Shown: one piece after another, positions 44,558 through 54,208 of the stretch
Numbering within the stretch: the stretch's first letter is position 1
Layout of the letters: each line of letters starts with the position of its first letter
IMG/VR virus record: IMGVR_UViG_3300005535_000018
Coordinates: 39,500 to 103,499 of that record
DNA length: 64,000 bases
Strand: one strand, 5' to 3'
From: a virus
Taxonomy: Duplodnaviria > Caudoviricetes
Notes under the pieces: model-generated
The model's input: the letters and a program-made list of their open reading frames with translations, nothing else
The model's database searches: none
Told to the model about the DNA's origin: nothing
Program-made: the position numbers and the translations under genes

Positions 44558-45121
44558 GTGTCGATCCGGGTGCGTTCCGACCTACCCGCCGACAGCCGTG
44601 GAAAGGTCGTTGCCACGTTGCTGGCCGCGGTTGAGATGCTGACCGGGGTGCCCTGCGACGGATACGCCGAAACGATCCTGGCCAGCGAGGGCGACGACAC
44701 GGTGGGGCTGACCTCCATTCACTGCGTGCACTGCGACGCCAACCACACGCCCCGGTTCCTGTGCGACCCGGCGAAGGCGATCCTCGACGCGCTGGCTGCG
44801 CAGGCCGCCGGCCGGACGATGCCGACGCTGGAGTTCCTGGACCAGCCGCTGGTCGACAGCCCGTTCCGCATCGGCACCCACCCGGGCGACGCGTTGATGC
44901 TCCAGCTCGTCATCCAGGCCGCCGCCGTCCCGGTCGGCGACACCGGTCTGGTCCGGCCGGCGATCGTGCTCACCGGCCAAGACCACTACGGCCAGCCGTT
45001 GCCGCAGTGGCTGTACGCCGGCAACCCCGACGACCTCGCCCGGGCCCACAAACTGTTCGGCGACATGACCGCCCTCGCCGTCAAGGCCGCCCGCCAGGCC
45101 AGCCAAGGAGGCCCGGCGTGA
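44558..45121 (+). CDS. Hypothetical protein (start uncertain)
   Basis: GC3-rich frame; CxxC..H..C. Confidence 0.55.
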   Translation: MSIRVRSDLPADSRGKVVATLLAAVEMLTGVPCDGYAETILASEGDDTVGLTSIHCVHCDANHTPRFLCDPAKAILDALAAQAAGRTMPTLEFLDQPLVDSPFRIGTHPGDALMLQLVIQAAAVPVGDTGLVRPAIVLTGQDHYGQPLPQWLYAGNPDDLARAHKLFGDMTALAVKAARQASQGGPA

Positions 45122-45468
45122 CCATCCACACCGTGCGTCTCGTCGGCCAGGTGCTCGACGTCACCACCACCGCGATCATGGTCGGGTTCGTGGCCTACAT
45201 CGCGTGGCTGGTGTGGCGGTACCCGGTCGGGTTGCCGCACTGGCCGCCGCTGCTGCTGCTGTGGGCTTCGTTGCTGATCGCCGTGATGGACTTCGGCCGG
45301 GCCGGGTTCGGCGCCGGCCAGGTCCACTACGTGACCGGGGCGGCGTGGGTGGGGTGCGCCGCGGCGACGTGGGCGGCGCGGCGGATAACCCAGCGCCGGC
45401 ACCGCGAGCAGATGCTCCGCCTGGCGGCCGCCGAACCGCACGAGCAACGCCAGCGGCGCCTGCGATGA
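45118..45468 (+). CDS. Small membrane protein
   Basis: AAGGAGG RBS; 3 hydrophobic segments. Confidence 0.7.
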   Translation: MTIHTVRLVGQVLDVTTTAIMVGFVAYIAWLVWRYPVGLPHWPPLLLLWASLLIAVMDFGRAGFGAGQVHYVTGAAWVGCAAATWAARRITQRRHREQMLRLAAAEPHEQRQRRLR

Positions 45469-46274
45469 CGACGGCCGTAGTTGGTATCGCCATGGTTCGC
45501 GACGAGGCCGACGTCATCGCCGGCACCCTCGCCCACATGGGCGACGAGGTTGACGCCCTGGTCGTCGCGGACAACCGGTCAATTGACGGAACCCGCACCC
45601 TGCTGGCGAAAGCTGCCGCCGACCTGCCGGTGCCGTTGACAGTGTTGGACGACCTGGACCCGGCCTACTACCAGGCTGACAAGATGACCGCCCTGGCCGA
45701 GCGGGTCGCGGCCGAGTATGACGGCGACCTGTGGATCGTCATATTCGACGCTGACGAGATCTGGTACTCGCCCCACGGCCCCATCAGGGAGGTGCTGGCC
45801 GAGGTTCGCGTCAACGTCTGTCAGGCCGCCCTTTACAACCACTTCCGGACGCCGCTTGACGTCGACGACCCGGACCCGTTCCGGTCGATGGTGTGGCGCA
45901 CCCGCGAGCCGGCCGGGCTGGGAAAGGTGGCGTTCCGGTGGCGGCCCGGGGCCCGCATCGAGCAGGGCAACCACGGCGTCACCCTGCCCCACGACCTGAT
46001 GGCCGGACTGTCCAGCGACGTTCTCGAGCTGCGCCACTTCCCGTACCGCTCGGCCGCCCAGCTCATCACCAAGGCCACCAACGGCGCCGAGGCCTACGCC
46101 CTGACCGACCTGCCCGCCGAGATGGGCGCCCACTGGCGGGCCTACGGGGAGATGCTCGACCGGTACGGCCCGGACTACCTGCGCGACGTGTTCCACACGC
46201 ACTTCTACAAGCGCTCACCGATCGACGAGGGCATGATCCAAGACCCGGCCCCGTACCGGCGGTGGGAACAGTGA
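45465..46274 (+). CDS. Glycosyltransferase (GT2_4-like)
   Basis: AMVRDEAD; DNRSIDGT; FDADEIW; HFPYRS. Confidence 0.88.
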   Translation: MTTAVVGIAMVRDEADVIAGTLAHMGDEVDALVVADNRSIDGTRTLLAKAAADLPVPLTVLDDLDPAYYQADKMTALAERVAAEYDGDLWIVIFDADEIWYSPHGPIREVLAEVRVNVCQAALYNHFRTPLDVDDPDPFRSMVWRTREPAGLGKVAFRWRPGARIEQGNHGVTLPHDLMAGLSSDVLELRHFPYRSAAQLITKATNGAEAYALTDLPAEMGAHWRAYGEMLDRYGPDYLRDVFHTHFYKRSPIDEGMIQDPAPYRRWEQ

Positions 46275-47059
46275 CCGAGCTGTCTGACGCCGACGGGCCC
46301 GACATGTACGTGATGCACGACCACACCGAACGGATAGAGGGCCAGCCGGGCCGGCACAGCCATTCGACCCAGTACGGCGGCCACGGCGCCGACGGTGACC
46401 ACAACGACGTCGAGGTCATCACCTGGCTCGAACACGGCCGCCGCTACCGCAACCAGCCAGCCGAGGGGCAGCAGTGAGGGGCTGGCGGGCGGTGGCGTTC
46501 TACGTGGCGTTGCTGGCCATCGGCTGCGGCATCTTCCAGGTCGTCTACCGGTGGACCGACGCCCAATGCCGGGCCCGCGGCGGCCACACCGAAATCGTGT
46601 ACGGCGGCCGGACGGGTTGGACGTGCGATGGGGCCCGGCCGTGACGGGACAGTCCAGAGTTGATCGGCTCATCGCCGCCGCTGCCGCGTGTGTGACCTGC
46701 GGTGAGGAGCACCAGCCCCAACCGGCGACCGGGCGGCGGGCGGCGCCGTCGTGGGCCAGCCCGGTCGACGGGCACGCCTACCGGCGGCGGCTGATCGACG
46801 TGGAGTGGCTGCGGGCGTGGGCGGCGGCGAACCCGTGACCGGCACTGGACGACCCCGCCGCTGGGGCACCCTGATCGAGCGGATCGCGATGGAGCTCCGG
46901 CAGATCGAAGCTGAGGATCTGGCTGCACGGGGCGGGTACCGCTACAACCGGACAGCGGAAGAGACGTGGGAGCCGATCAGCGACCTGCTGCGCGCCGGGT
47001 ACCGCCGCGACGCCCGCCGGCTGTTGAAAGTCATGCGGGCCTGGGTGGCTAAGCCGTGA
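46271..47059 (+). other. Chain of about 4 coupled mini-ORFs (46271-46477, 46474-46643, 46640-46838, 46835-47059)
   Basis: Successive GTGA overlaps. Confidence 0.5.
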
Positions 47060-47204
47060 GCGCCCCCGCCGACACGGGCTGCCCTGCCGGGTCCAGCATC
47101 TGCGACGGGTGGGTGACGGGAAGCTGGCCCGATGTGGTCTTCTCGTCGGTCCTGCTGGTGTGTCTGGCCGCTGTGCTGATCGCCTGGATACGGCGGCCCC
47201 GCAA

Positions 47205-47963
47205 GTGAAGGCGGCCGTGGTCGTGCCGTGGCGGGGCGGCGACCCGGCGCGGGAGAAGGCCTGGGCGTGGCTGCAACCGTGGTGGGGGCAGCATCTACCC
47301 GTCGTGGTCGGCACCCCACCCGAGGGGCCGTGGTGCAAGGCGGCCGCCGTCGCCGACGCCCTGGCCCGCACCGACGCTGAGGTGCTCGTGGTCGCTGACG
47401 CTGACGTGTGGGTGCCCGGCATTGACCGTACGGTCGACATGGTCGCGTCGGGGGGCGTGGCGTGGGCGATGCCCCACAAGCGGGTCTACCGGCTCACTGA
47501 GGCCGGCACCGACGTTCTCCTGGCCACGGGGCGACCTCCGTCGCCGGTGCGGGTTGACCGGCCCCGCGGGTCGGCCCCAACCCCGCCCGGCCAGCTCATC
47601 GTCGAATCGCACCACGGCGAGATCGGCGGCGGCTGTGTCGTGTTGCCCGCCGACCTGTACCGGCAGGTGCCGCTCGACCCTCGCTTCGTCGGCTGGGGCC
47701 AGGAGGACACGAGCTGGGGAAGGGCGTTGACCGTGATCGCTGGCCCGCCGTGGCGGGAGCCGGAGCCGCTGTGGCACCTGTGGCATCCGCCGCCGCGGCG
47801 CGCAGGCAAAGGTGAGCAACCCGACCCGGCCCAATACACCCGACGGGACCGTGCAGTCGGCACCCCCGCCGGCCTCGCCCTGTACCGCCGCTACCGGGAC
47901 GCGACCACGCCGGAGGCAATGCGGGCCCTATTGGCTGAGTTCGCCCCGAACCCGCCCGCCTGA
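47205..47963 (+). CDS. Glycosyltransferase (GT2 with GT7C-like motif)
   Basis: VVVPWR; VADADV; DPRFVGWGQED; HLWH. Confidence 0.87.
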   Translation: MKAAVVVPWRGGDPAREKAWAWLQPWWGQHLPVVVGTPPEGPWCKAAAVADALARTDAEVLVVADADVWVPGIDRTVDMVASGGVAWAMPHKRVYRLTEAGTDVLLATGRPPSPVRVDRPRGSAPTPPGQLIVESHHGEIGGGCVVLPADLYRQVPLDPRFVGWGQEDTSWGRALTVIAGPPWREPEPLWHLWHPPPRRAGKGEQPDPAQYTRRDRAVGTPAGLALYRRYRDATTPEAMRALLAEFAPNPPA

Positions 47964-48021
47964 CCCGGGCATGTGGGACAGTCCGGGCGTGCTGGGACGG
48001 CCGGGACGGCGGGAGGCCGTG

Positions 48022-48414
48022 GTGACGCTGCGGGCCGAGGTCGAGCTAGCGCCGGCCACGAGGGCGGCCCTGTTCGACCTGGTCACCCTGGCCCATCAGA
48101 TCAACAACCGCCTGAGCCGCTTGGAGCACAAGATGACCGATCTCACCGACCTTCTCAACCAGGAGCAGGTCAGCCTCGCCGACATCGCCGCGGTGTTGGC
48201 TACTACGGCCGCCGACGTGGGCGCGCTGCTGGCCCGCGCCACCGGCGTGTTCACGCCCGACGAGCGCGCCCAAGCCGACGCCACGTTGGCCGCCCTCGCC
48301 GCTGTCGGCACTGCCGTCACCAACCTCAGCACGCAGGTCGGCGACCAGGACGCCGACGGCAACCCGCCGACGACGCCACCGCCCCCGCCGCCCCCGCCGC
48401 CAGTAGAGCCGTAG
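48022..48414 (+). CDS. Coiled-coil protein with Pro-rich tail
   Basis: GGAGG RBS. Confidence 0.6.
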   Translation: MTLRAEVELAPATRAALFDLVTLAHQINNRLSRLEHKMTDLTDLLNQEQVSLADIAAVLATTAADVGALLARATGVFTPDERAQADATLAALAAVGTAVTNLSTQVGDQDADGNPPTTPPPPPPPPPVEP

Positions 48415-48431
48415 CTCGACGACCCTCCACG

Positions 48432-48465
48432 ACTGGGGGACGGTTCGGTTGAACTGTCCCCCAGT
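48432..48465. terminator. Hairpin upstream of the capsid gene
   Basis: ACTGGGGGACGGTTC-GGTT-GAACTGTCCCCCAGT. Confidence 0.6.
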
Positions 48466-48602
48466 GCCGTTCCGGTCGGCTACCTTCCCGGTGACACGAG
48501 CGAGACGGGGCGTGACGGTGCGGCCGGCCCTCGACGGCGCTTACGCATACTGGCGGCTGCTGCGGTCAGGCCAGGTGTGAGACCAGATTATTGGGGTCTT
48601 CC

Positions 48603-50474
48603 ATGCCTGACGAGCCGATCGTTGACGACGCTCCAGCCACCACCGAATACGCTTTCCCGTTTCAGGTCCCGACCGACCTTGCGGGCCTGTCCGACGCCGA
48701 CCTGCGTGCGCTGCACGAGCAGGTCCGCGCCCACGCTTCCGGCTTCTCGGGCCTCAGCCCGGCCGACACCACCGACGAGACCCTGGCCGCGCTGACCGCG
48801 TGCCGTGACCTCGCCCGCAACATCTCGGGGGAGATCGTGGGCCGCCGCGACCGGGCCGCCGCCGCCGGTGACCTCGCCGCGGAGATTGACGAGCTGGAGC
48901 TGCCAGCCGACCCGGACCCGGCCGACCTCGACGCGGCCGCCGACGTCGACAACGGCGGCGATGACGACGACGCTGCCCTTGCCGAGCCTGAGCCGGCCCT
49001 GACCGCGTCACGCCGCTCCATGCCGGCGCCGCGGGTGCGTGACGTGGCCCGCCGCTCGCCGGCCTCGACACCGCTGACGCCCGCCGCCGCGACCCGGGGC
49101 GCCTACGCCTCCCTCAACGCGGTCGCGTCGATCGGCGGCTACTCGGCCGGGCAGCGCCTCGAGTCGTTCGGCGACGCCGCCCGGGCGATGATGACGCAGC
49201 TCGAGCGGTACCAGTCCCTCACGGCTGGCCGGGCCCGCGGCAACAAGCGCTACGCCGGCAAGACCCGCCCCGTCACGATGTACGACAAGGACGACCCGGG
49301 CCGCCGGTTCGAGCTGCGCAACTACTCCCGCCACAACATCGCCGAGTTGCGGCGCGAGTTCCCGGCCGAGCTGCGCGTGGACGAGGCGACCGGCAACGGC
49401 TACGCGGTGGCCGAGTACGCCGCCAGCGAGCGGCGGCTGCCGGGCGGCAGCCTGATCGCGTCGGTGGCCCAGTCGGTCCGCAACGGCCGGTCGCTGACCG
49501 CCGCCGCTGGATGGTGCGCTCCATCCGACGTGATTTATGATCTTCTAGAACTTGAATCCCTCGATGGGATGCTAGACATCCCGGAGATCCAGACCACCCG
49601 CGGTGGCTGGCAGATCCCGATTGACGGCGGCCCCGACTTCAGCTCGATCTACAACGCGCTCGGCAACGGCGGTGACACGCACCTCACCGAGGCCGAGGTG
49701 ATGGACGACGCCACCAAGATCTGCACCGAGATTCCCTGCCCTCCCTTCGAGGACGTCCGGCTGGGCGTCGACTACTTCTGTTTGACCGGCGGCCTGCTCC
49801 AGCGCCGCGGCTACCCGGAGGTCGTCGCCCGCTTCACCAGGGGTGCCACGGTTGCCCTCGCCCACAAGATCAACTATGGGGTGATGGCCCAGATCGTCGC
49901 CGCCAGCGGCGCGGTCAATTTCATCCCGCAGGACCCCAACGGCGACGACGCCGCCAGCGCCCTGCTCGCCGCGATCGACCTGGCGATCGTCGATGCCAAG
50001 TACCGCAACCGCATGGGCTTCGCCACGACGATGGAGGTCATCCTCCCGTGGTGGGTGCTGGTGCAGGTGCGGGCCGCCCTGGGCCGCCGCCGCGGTGTTG
50101 AGGGCTGGCAGGTCACCAACGCCGAAATCCTGTCGTGGTTCGCGGAGCGCAACGCCCGCCCGCAGTTCATCTACGACTGGCAGGACGCCGCGTCTGGTCT
50201 GGCGACCGGGCCGGGTGGGGCGACGCCGCTGACCCGCCTTCCCCTGACCGTGGACTTCGCCCTGTGGCCCGCGGGCACCTGGGTCAAGCCAGTGCAGGAC
50301 GTGGTCAGTTTGGACACAATTTACGATTCAACCCTTTTGAGCACTAACCAATACACCGCCGTCTTTGTCGAAGATGGATGGGCGACGATGCAAATGTCGC
50401 CGATCTCACGCCTCTACCGGGTCAACGTCGATCCCGGTGGCGTCACCGGCTGCTGCGACACCGTCGGGTCCTGA
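48603..50474 (+). CDS. Major capsid (hexamer) protein with N-terminal scaffold region
   Basis: AAGWCAPS..YD; RRGYPE; LDTIYDS..L.TN.YTA.F.E.G; resembles mycobacteriophage cluster B-type capsids. Confidence 0.88.
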   Translation: MPDEPIVDDAPATTEYAFPFQVPTDLAGLSDADLRALHEQVRAHASGFSGLSPADTTDETLAALTACRDLARNISGEIVGRRDRAAAAGDLAAEIDELELPADPDPADLDAAADVDNGGDDDDAALAEPEPALTASRRSMPAPRVRDVARRSPASTPLTPAAATRGAYASLNAVASIGGYSAGQRLESFGDAARAMMTQLERYQSLTAGRARGNKRYAGKTRPVTMYDKDDPGRRFELRNYSRHNIAELRREFPAELRVDEATGNGYAVAEYAASERRLPGGSLIASVAQSVRNGRSLTAAAGWCAPSDVIYDLLELESLDGMLDIPEIQTTRGGWQIPIDGGPDFSSIYNALGNGGDTHLTEAEVMDDATKICTEIPCPPFEDVRLGVDYFCLTGGLLQRRGYPEVVARFTRGATVALAHKINYGVMAQIVAASGAVNFIPQDPNGDDAASALLAAIDLAIVDAKYRNRMGFATTMEVILPWWVLVQVRAALGRRRGVEGWQVTNAEILSWFAERNARPQFIYDWQDAASGLATGPGGATPLTRLPLTVDFALWPAGTWVKPVQDVVSLDTIYDSTLLSTNQYTAVFVEDGWATMQMSPISRLYRVNVDPGGVTGCCDTVGS

Positions 50475-50526
50475 CGGATCTTCACCTCCGTCTTGACCCG
50501 GCCAACCGAAAGGTGGTGAGCAGCCC

Positions 50527-51315
50527 ATGTCGATGATGCCCGCGCCGATTGTCGACGCCGCACAACCTCGTGGGCTCCGCTATGGGCTGCTCGCCGCCGC
50601 CGCCGGCCCCCTGGAGCTCCCGCCGCACGCCCTCGCCTCGGGGGTGCGGTTCAAACCGGTGTCGTGCGGCACCGTCCACATCTACGAGATCTCCTGCCCG
50701 ACCGACGACCCGGCCGAGAAGGTGTTCGACCCGCAGACCCCCTACGTCGAGGGGGACTCGTCGGCCCTGTACGCCTCGCTCGAATGTTCCCGGGTCGGCA
50801 CCAGTGCGGCGCAGATGGAAGACGACGTGCGGCGCCGCCTCGCCAACGGCGAACAGACCGGCGCCGAGACGCTCATGGCGTCGGCCCTGGCGGCAGCAGC
50901 GACGCCCCTGGTTGCCCCCAACGACGCCTCGATCTCGTCCGTGCTGGGTGAGCTGGAGGCGTTCCTCTACGACGCGGACCAGGCCGCCTACGGCAACGTC
51001 GGGTTCATCCACTCGCCGGTCCGGTACGCGGCGTACCTCGGCGCGAACGGTCTGCTGATCAGGGACGGCGCGGTGTGGCGGACCCACATGGGCACGATCG
51101 TCGTGTTCGGTGGCGGCTACCCCGACGACGGCACGATCTACGTCTCCGGCAACGTCACGGTCTGGCGGGCCGCCGACGCCAACGTGCCCCCGGCCGAGCA
51201 GACCTGGGACCACGAAACCAACACCTTCAAGCTGATCGCCGAGCGGGAGTACGTCGTCGGCTACGACTGCGTCGCCGGGTCGGTCAGCTTCATGCCCGAG
51301 GCGACGGTTTCATGA
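50527..51315 (+). CDS. Capsid pentamer-type protein
   Basis: Follows MCP; YGLL; LGELE; FGGGYP; IAEREYVVGYDC. Confidence 0.7.
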   Translation: MSMMPAPIVDAAQPRGLRYGLLAAAAGPLELPPHALASGVRFKPVSCGTVHIYEISCPTDDPAEKVFDPQTPYVEGDSSALYASLECSRVGTSAAQMEDDVRRRLANGEQTGAETLMASALAAAATPLVAPNDASISSVLGELEAFLYDADQAAYGNVGFIHSPVRYAAYLGANGLLIRDGAVWRTHMGTIVVFGGGYPDDGTIYVSGNVTVWRAADANVPPAEQTWDHETNTFKLIAEREYVVGYDCVAGSVSFMPEATVS

Positions 51316-51668
51316 CCGTCACTTTGCATCTGCCCGCCGACCCGGCCGCCCGGTCGGCGATGCTGCGGCGGCTGGTGGAGCTGGCCGGCGGCCGCAAGGC
51401 CATCCGCTCCGGGCACGGCGGCCTGGTCGTCTCCGACGAGGTCGCCCTGGCCTACCTCGCCGCCGCGTCGGCCGGGCCGGCGCCGCCGCCCTCGACCCGC
51501 ATCCTCACCCCCGACGTGGCGCGGGTGGTGCGTGGCGCCGAGACCCGCGGCGGGCTGCTTGACCGGCCAACCGCCGCGGCGCAGACGCAGACCGACCCGG
51601 CACCGAAGTCCCGGCCCGCGGCCCGCCGGCCGCGGCGCTTGGCCCAGCAGCAAGGAGCAACAACGTGA
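51312..51668 (+). CDS. Hypothetical protein
   Basis: Coupled. Confidence 0.6.
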   Translation: MTVTLHLPADPAARSAMLRRLVELAGGRKAIRSGHGGLVVSDEVALAYLAAASAGPAPPPSTRILTPDVARVVRGAETRGGLLDRPTAAAQTQTDPAPKSRPAARRPRRLAQQQGATT

Positions 51669-52366
51669 GCGAGTGTCGGACTCTCATCCAGGGCACCCGG
51701 CTGCGGGCCACCCTCGTCGACGACTGCGGGGCCCCGCTCGGCGGCCCCTGCTCGCAGATCGTCACCGACGGCTTCGTGTCGGTCGCGATGACCGACAACG
51801 TCGAGTCGCCCGACGAATTCAAGAAGAAGAATGCGGGCGGCGCCTTCTGTTTGAACCAGCGCAGCGAGCCTGAGCTGAACTGGATCGAAGTGGCGATCGT
51901 GCTGTGCGAGGTCATGCCCGAGCTGATCCACTTCCTGTCGGGCGCCCGGCTGGTCTACGACGACGCGGTCGTCCCCAACGCGGTCGGGTTCGGCACCGAC
52001 AGCGACGTCTACGCCTCGGCTTCGGTGGCTGTGGAGTTGTGGACGAACCTCGGCCGCCGCCGCGGCCAGGCCGCCTGCACGGGCGGCACGACCCGGTACG
52101 GGTACTTGCTGTTGCCGTGGTTGATCGAGGGCACGATGGCCGACACCACGATTGAAAACGGGCCGGCCGAGTGGACGATCAACACGATCACCGCCGACGG
52201 TAACGACTGGGGCGTCGGCCCCTACGACGTTCTGTTGGACCGCAACGGGGCCGCCTCGCCACTGCTGGAAGCCATCCCGTCGACCCGGCACCGGCACATG
52301 CAGTTCACCGACCTCGCCCCGCCAGACGCCCTGTGCGCGTGCCAAGAGCTGGTCCTGGCGAGCTGA
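51665..52366 (+). CDS. Major tail (tube) protein
   Basis: RATLVDDCG..VTDGFVSV; YGYLLLPW; WGVGPYDV. Confidence 0.8.
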   Translation: MSECRTLIQGTRLRATLVDDCGAPLGGPCSQIVTDGFVSVAMTDNVESPDEFKKKNAGGAFCLNQRSEPELNWIEVAIVLCEVMPELIHFLSGARLVYDDAVVPNAVGFGTDSDVYASASVAVELWTNLGRRRGQAACTGGTTRYGYLLLPWLIEGTMADTTIENGPAEWTINTITADGNDWGVGPYDVLLDRNGAASPLLEAIPSTRHRHMQFTDLAPPDALCACQELVLAS

Positions 52367-52368
52367 CC

Positions 52369-52620
52369 GTGACGGAAAACGACGCGGCCGAGCGGGTGGC
52401 GTACCGGGACAAGCTCCGATCCATCGGGGTGATCTCGGCCCGCACCCGCTCCACCGTGCGAGAGGGCCGCCGCGCCGACGGGGTGCGGGTCAAGGCCACC
52501 ACCGACGAGCTGGGCAACACCGTGACCGAGCACAACGTGCCCGGCGACCGGCAGGACGTCCACATCAGGGCGCCCCAGATCCGCACCAGCATCGAGGAGC
52601 TGACCCATGGCCGACGTTGA
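52369..52620 (+). CDS. Hypothetical protein
   Basis: GC3-rich; in the structural operon. Confidence 0.6.
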   Translation: MTENDAAERVAYRDKLRSIGVISARTRSTVREGRRADGVRVKATTDELGNTVTEHNVPGDRQDVHIRAPQIRTSIEELTHGRR

Positions 52621-52864
52621 CCTGGCCGCCCTGATCGAGCAACGGGCCGCCCTCGACGCGCAGATCACCGAAGCACACGTGGCGGCCCTGTCCGAGCTGA
52701 TCGACGCGAAGGCCGCCTACCGCGACGACCCGACCGAACAGAACCGGGCCCGCAAGGCAGCCGCCGTCGCCACGTTGCAGCAGCTGCGGGCGCACCTGCG
52801 GGCCGGGCGTACCGGTGTGCAGGTCGGCGGCGACGCATTCGTCTCAACCCCGAGCGAGGGCTGA
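52607..52864 (+). CDS. Hypothetical helical protein
   Basis: GAGGAG RBS. Confidence 0.7.
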   Translation: MADVDLAALIEQRAALDAQITEAHVAALSELIDAKAAYRDDPTEQNRARKAAAVATLQQLRAHLRAGRTGVQVGGDAFVSTPSEG

Positions 52865-52867
52865 CCT

Positions 52868-53320
52868 ATGGCAGTGACCGCTTCCGGCCTGTTCGTCGCC
52901 ACGTTCGTTGACGTGCTGGACACCACCCAGCTGGCGATCGACCTGGACCTGGAAACCCACAAGGGCGCCCTTTTCACCAACACGATCACCCCCAACTTCA
53001 CCACCGACACGGCATATGCGGTCGCGCCGTACAACGCGAACGAGGTCACCGGCGGCGCCCCGTGGCCCTCCGGCGGGGTGGTGTTGACCGGCACCACGTT
53101 CCTCGCCTCGGCCGGGACGGCAGTGTTCGACGCGACCGACGTGAGTGTCGCCGCGACCACGATCACCAACGCCCGGGCGTACCTGCTCTACGCCGACGTG
53201 CTGGTCGGCAACAACGCGATCTGCCTGGTCGATTTCACGGCGGACTACAGCACCGTCAACGGCACGTTCGCGATCACCTGGGCAGCCGGGGGCATCTTCA
53301 TCATCGACCTCACCCCGTAG
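52868..53320 (+). CDS. Virion structural protein
   Basis: Beta-rich; IDLD...K.AL; NEV.G; FDA.DV; GTF.ITW..GIF. Confidence 0.72.
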   Translation: MAVTASGLFVATFVDVLDTTQLAIDLDLETHKGALFTNTITPNFTTDTAYAVAPYNANEVTGGAPWPSGGVVLTGTTFLASAGTAVFDATDVSVAATTITNARAYLLYADVLVGNNAICLVDFTADYSTVNGTFAITWAAGGIFIIDLTP

Positions 53321-53389
53321 TCCACAGTGGAGGGCCGGCGGGGGGCCCGACCATATGCCAGCTGACATACCGGCCAGGAAGGAGAGGCG

Positions 53390-53917
53390 GTGGCGACCGG
53401 GACGGTAGTGCTGCCGATCGGCGCGGCGATGCTGCCCGACGGGTCGGCGTCGAACCTCGCCCCGGCCCTGCAGCGCACCAAGTCCAGCGCCGCCGCGATC
53501 GCCCCGTACTTCCTTCAGGCCGCCATGGACGCCGCCACCGAGGAACACCTCATGTGGGCGTTCCGGATGCCGGTCGACTACGCCTCCGCGCCGGTGGTCA
53601 AGCTTCAGTTCAAGATGGTGTCCGCCGTCACCGGCAACGTGATCCTCAACGCCCGCCTCGCCGCGGTCACCCCCGGCGACGCCACCGACGTCGACGCGAA
53701 GGCCTTCGCCACCGTCAACGCCTCGGCCGCCACAGCGGTGCCGGCGACCACGGCCGGGAAGCTGGGCGAGATCTCGATCACCATGACCAACGCCGACTCG
53801 CTCGCCGCCGAGGACTACGTGGTGCTGTCCGTGTCCCGCGACGGGGCGTCCGGCTCCGACACCGCCGCCGGTGACCTCGAGCTGGTCGCCGTCAGCCTGG
53901 CCTACACCACCACCTAG
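53390..53917 (+). CDS. Virion-associated beta-sandwich protein
   Basis: AGGAGAGG RBS; F.MP.DY; RDGA..SDT..GD. Confidence 0.65.
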   Translation: MATGTVVLPIGAAMLPDGSASNLAPALQRTKSSAAAIAPYFLQAAMDAATEEHLMWAFRMPVDYASAPVVKLQFKMVSAVTGNVILNARLAAVTPGDATDVDAKAFATVNASAATAVPATTAGKLGEISITMTNADSLAAEDYVVLSVSRDGASGSDTAAGDLELVAVSLAYTTT

Positions 53918-53925
53918 GAGTCGCC

Positions 53926-54204
53926 GTGGCTGTTCTGTCTACCGCCCAGCGGGACCAGGTGTGGCGGGCGTTCATGCGCATCGGCACCGGCGAACCCACC
54001 ACCGTCGTCAAGCAGGTCATCCGCGACGCGGTCGACGACGTCGACAACTGGGCCGAGTCGGCGGCCGCGGCGGTGCCGGCGACGAGCTACAACGCCGCCC
54101 TGAACTTGACGTTTCGCAACAACGCCACCGCCGCCCAGAAGGCGCTGATGCTCGCCCTGGTGTGCTGGCTGCGGGCCGGGAGGCCACTGGCCGAAGGGCT
54201 CTGA
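53926..54204 (+). CDS. Hypothetical protein
   Basis: AGGAG RBS. Confidence 0.7.
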   Translation: MAVLSTAQRDQVWRAFMRIGTGEPTTVVKQVIRDAVDDVDNWAESAAAAVPATSYNAALNLTFRNNATAAQKALMLALVCWLRAGRPLAEGL

Positions 54205-54208
54205 CCCT

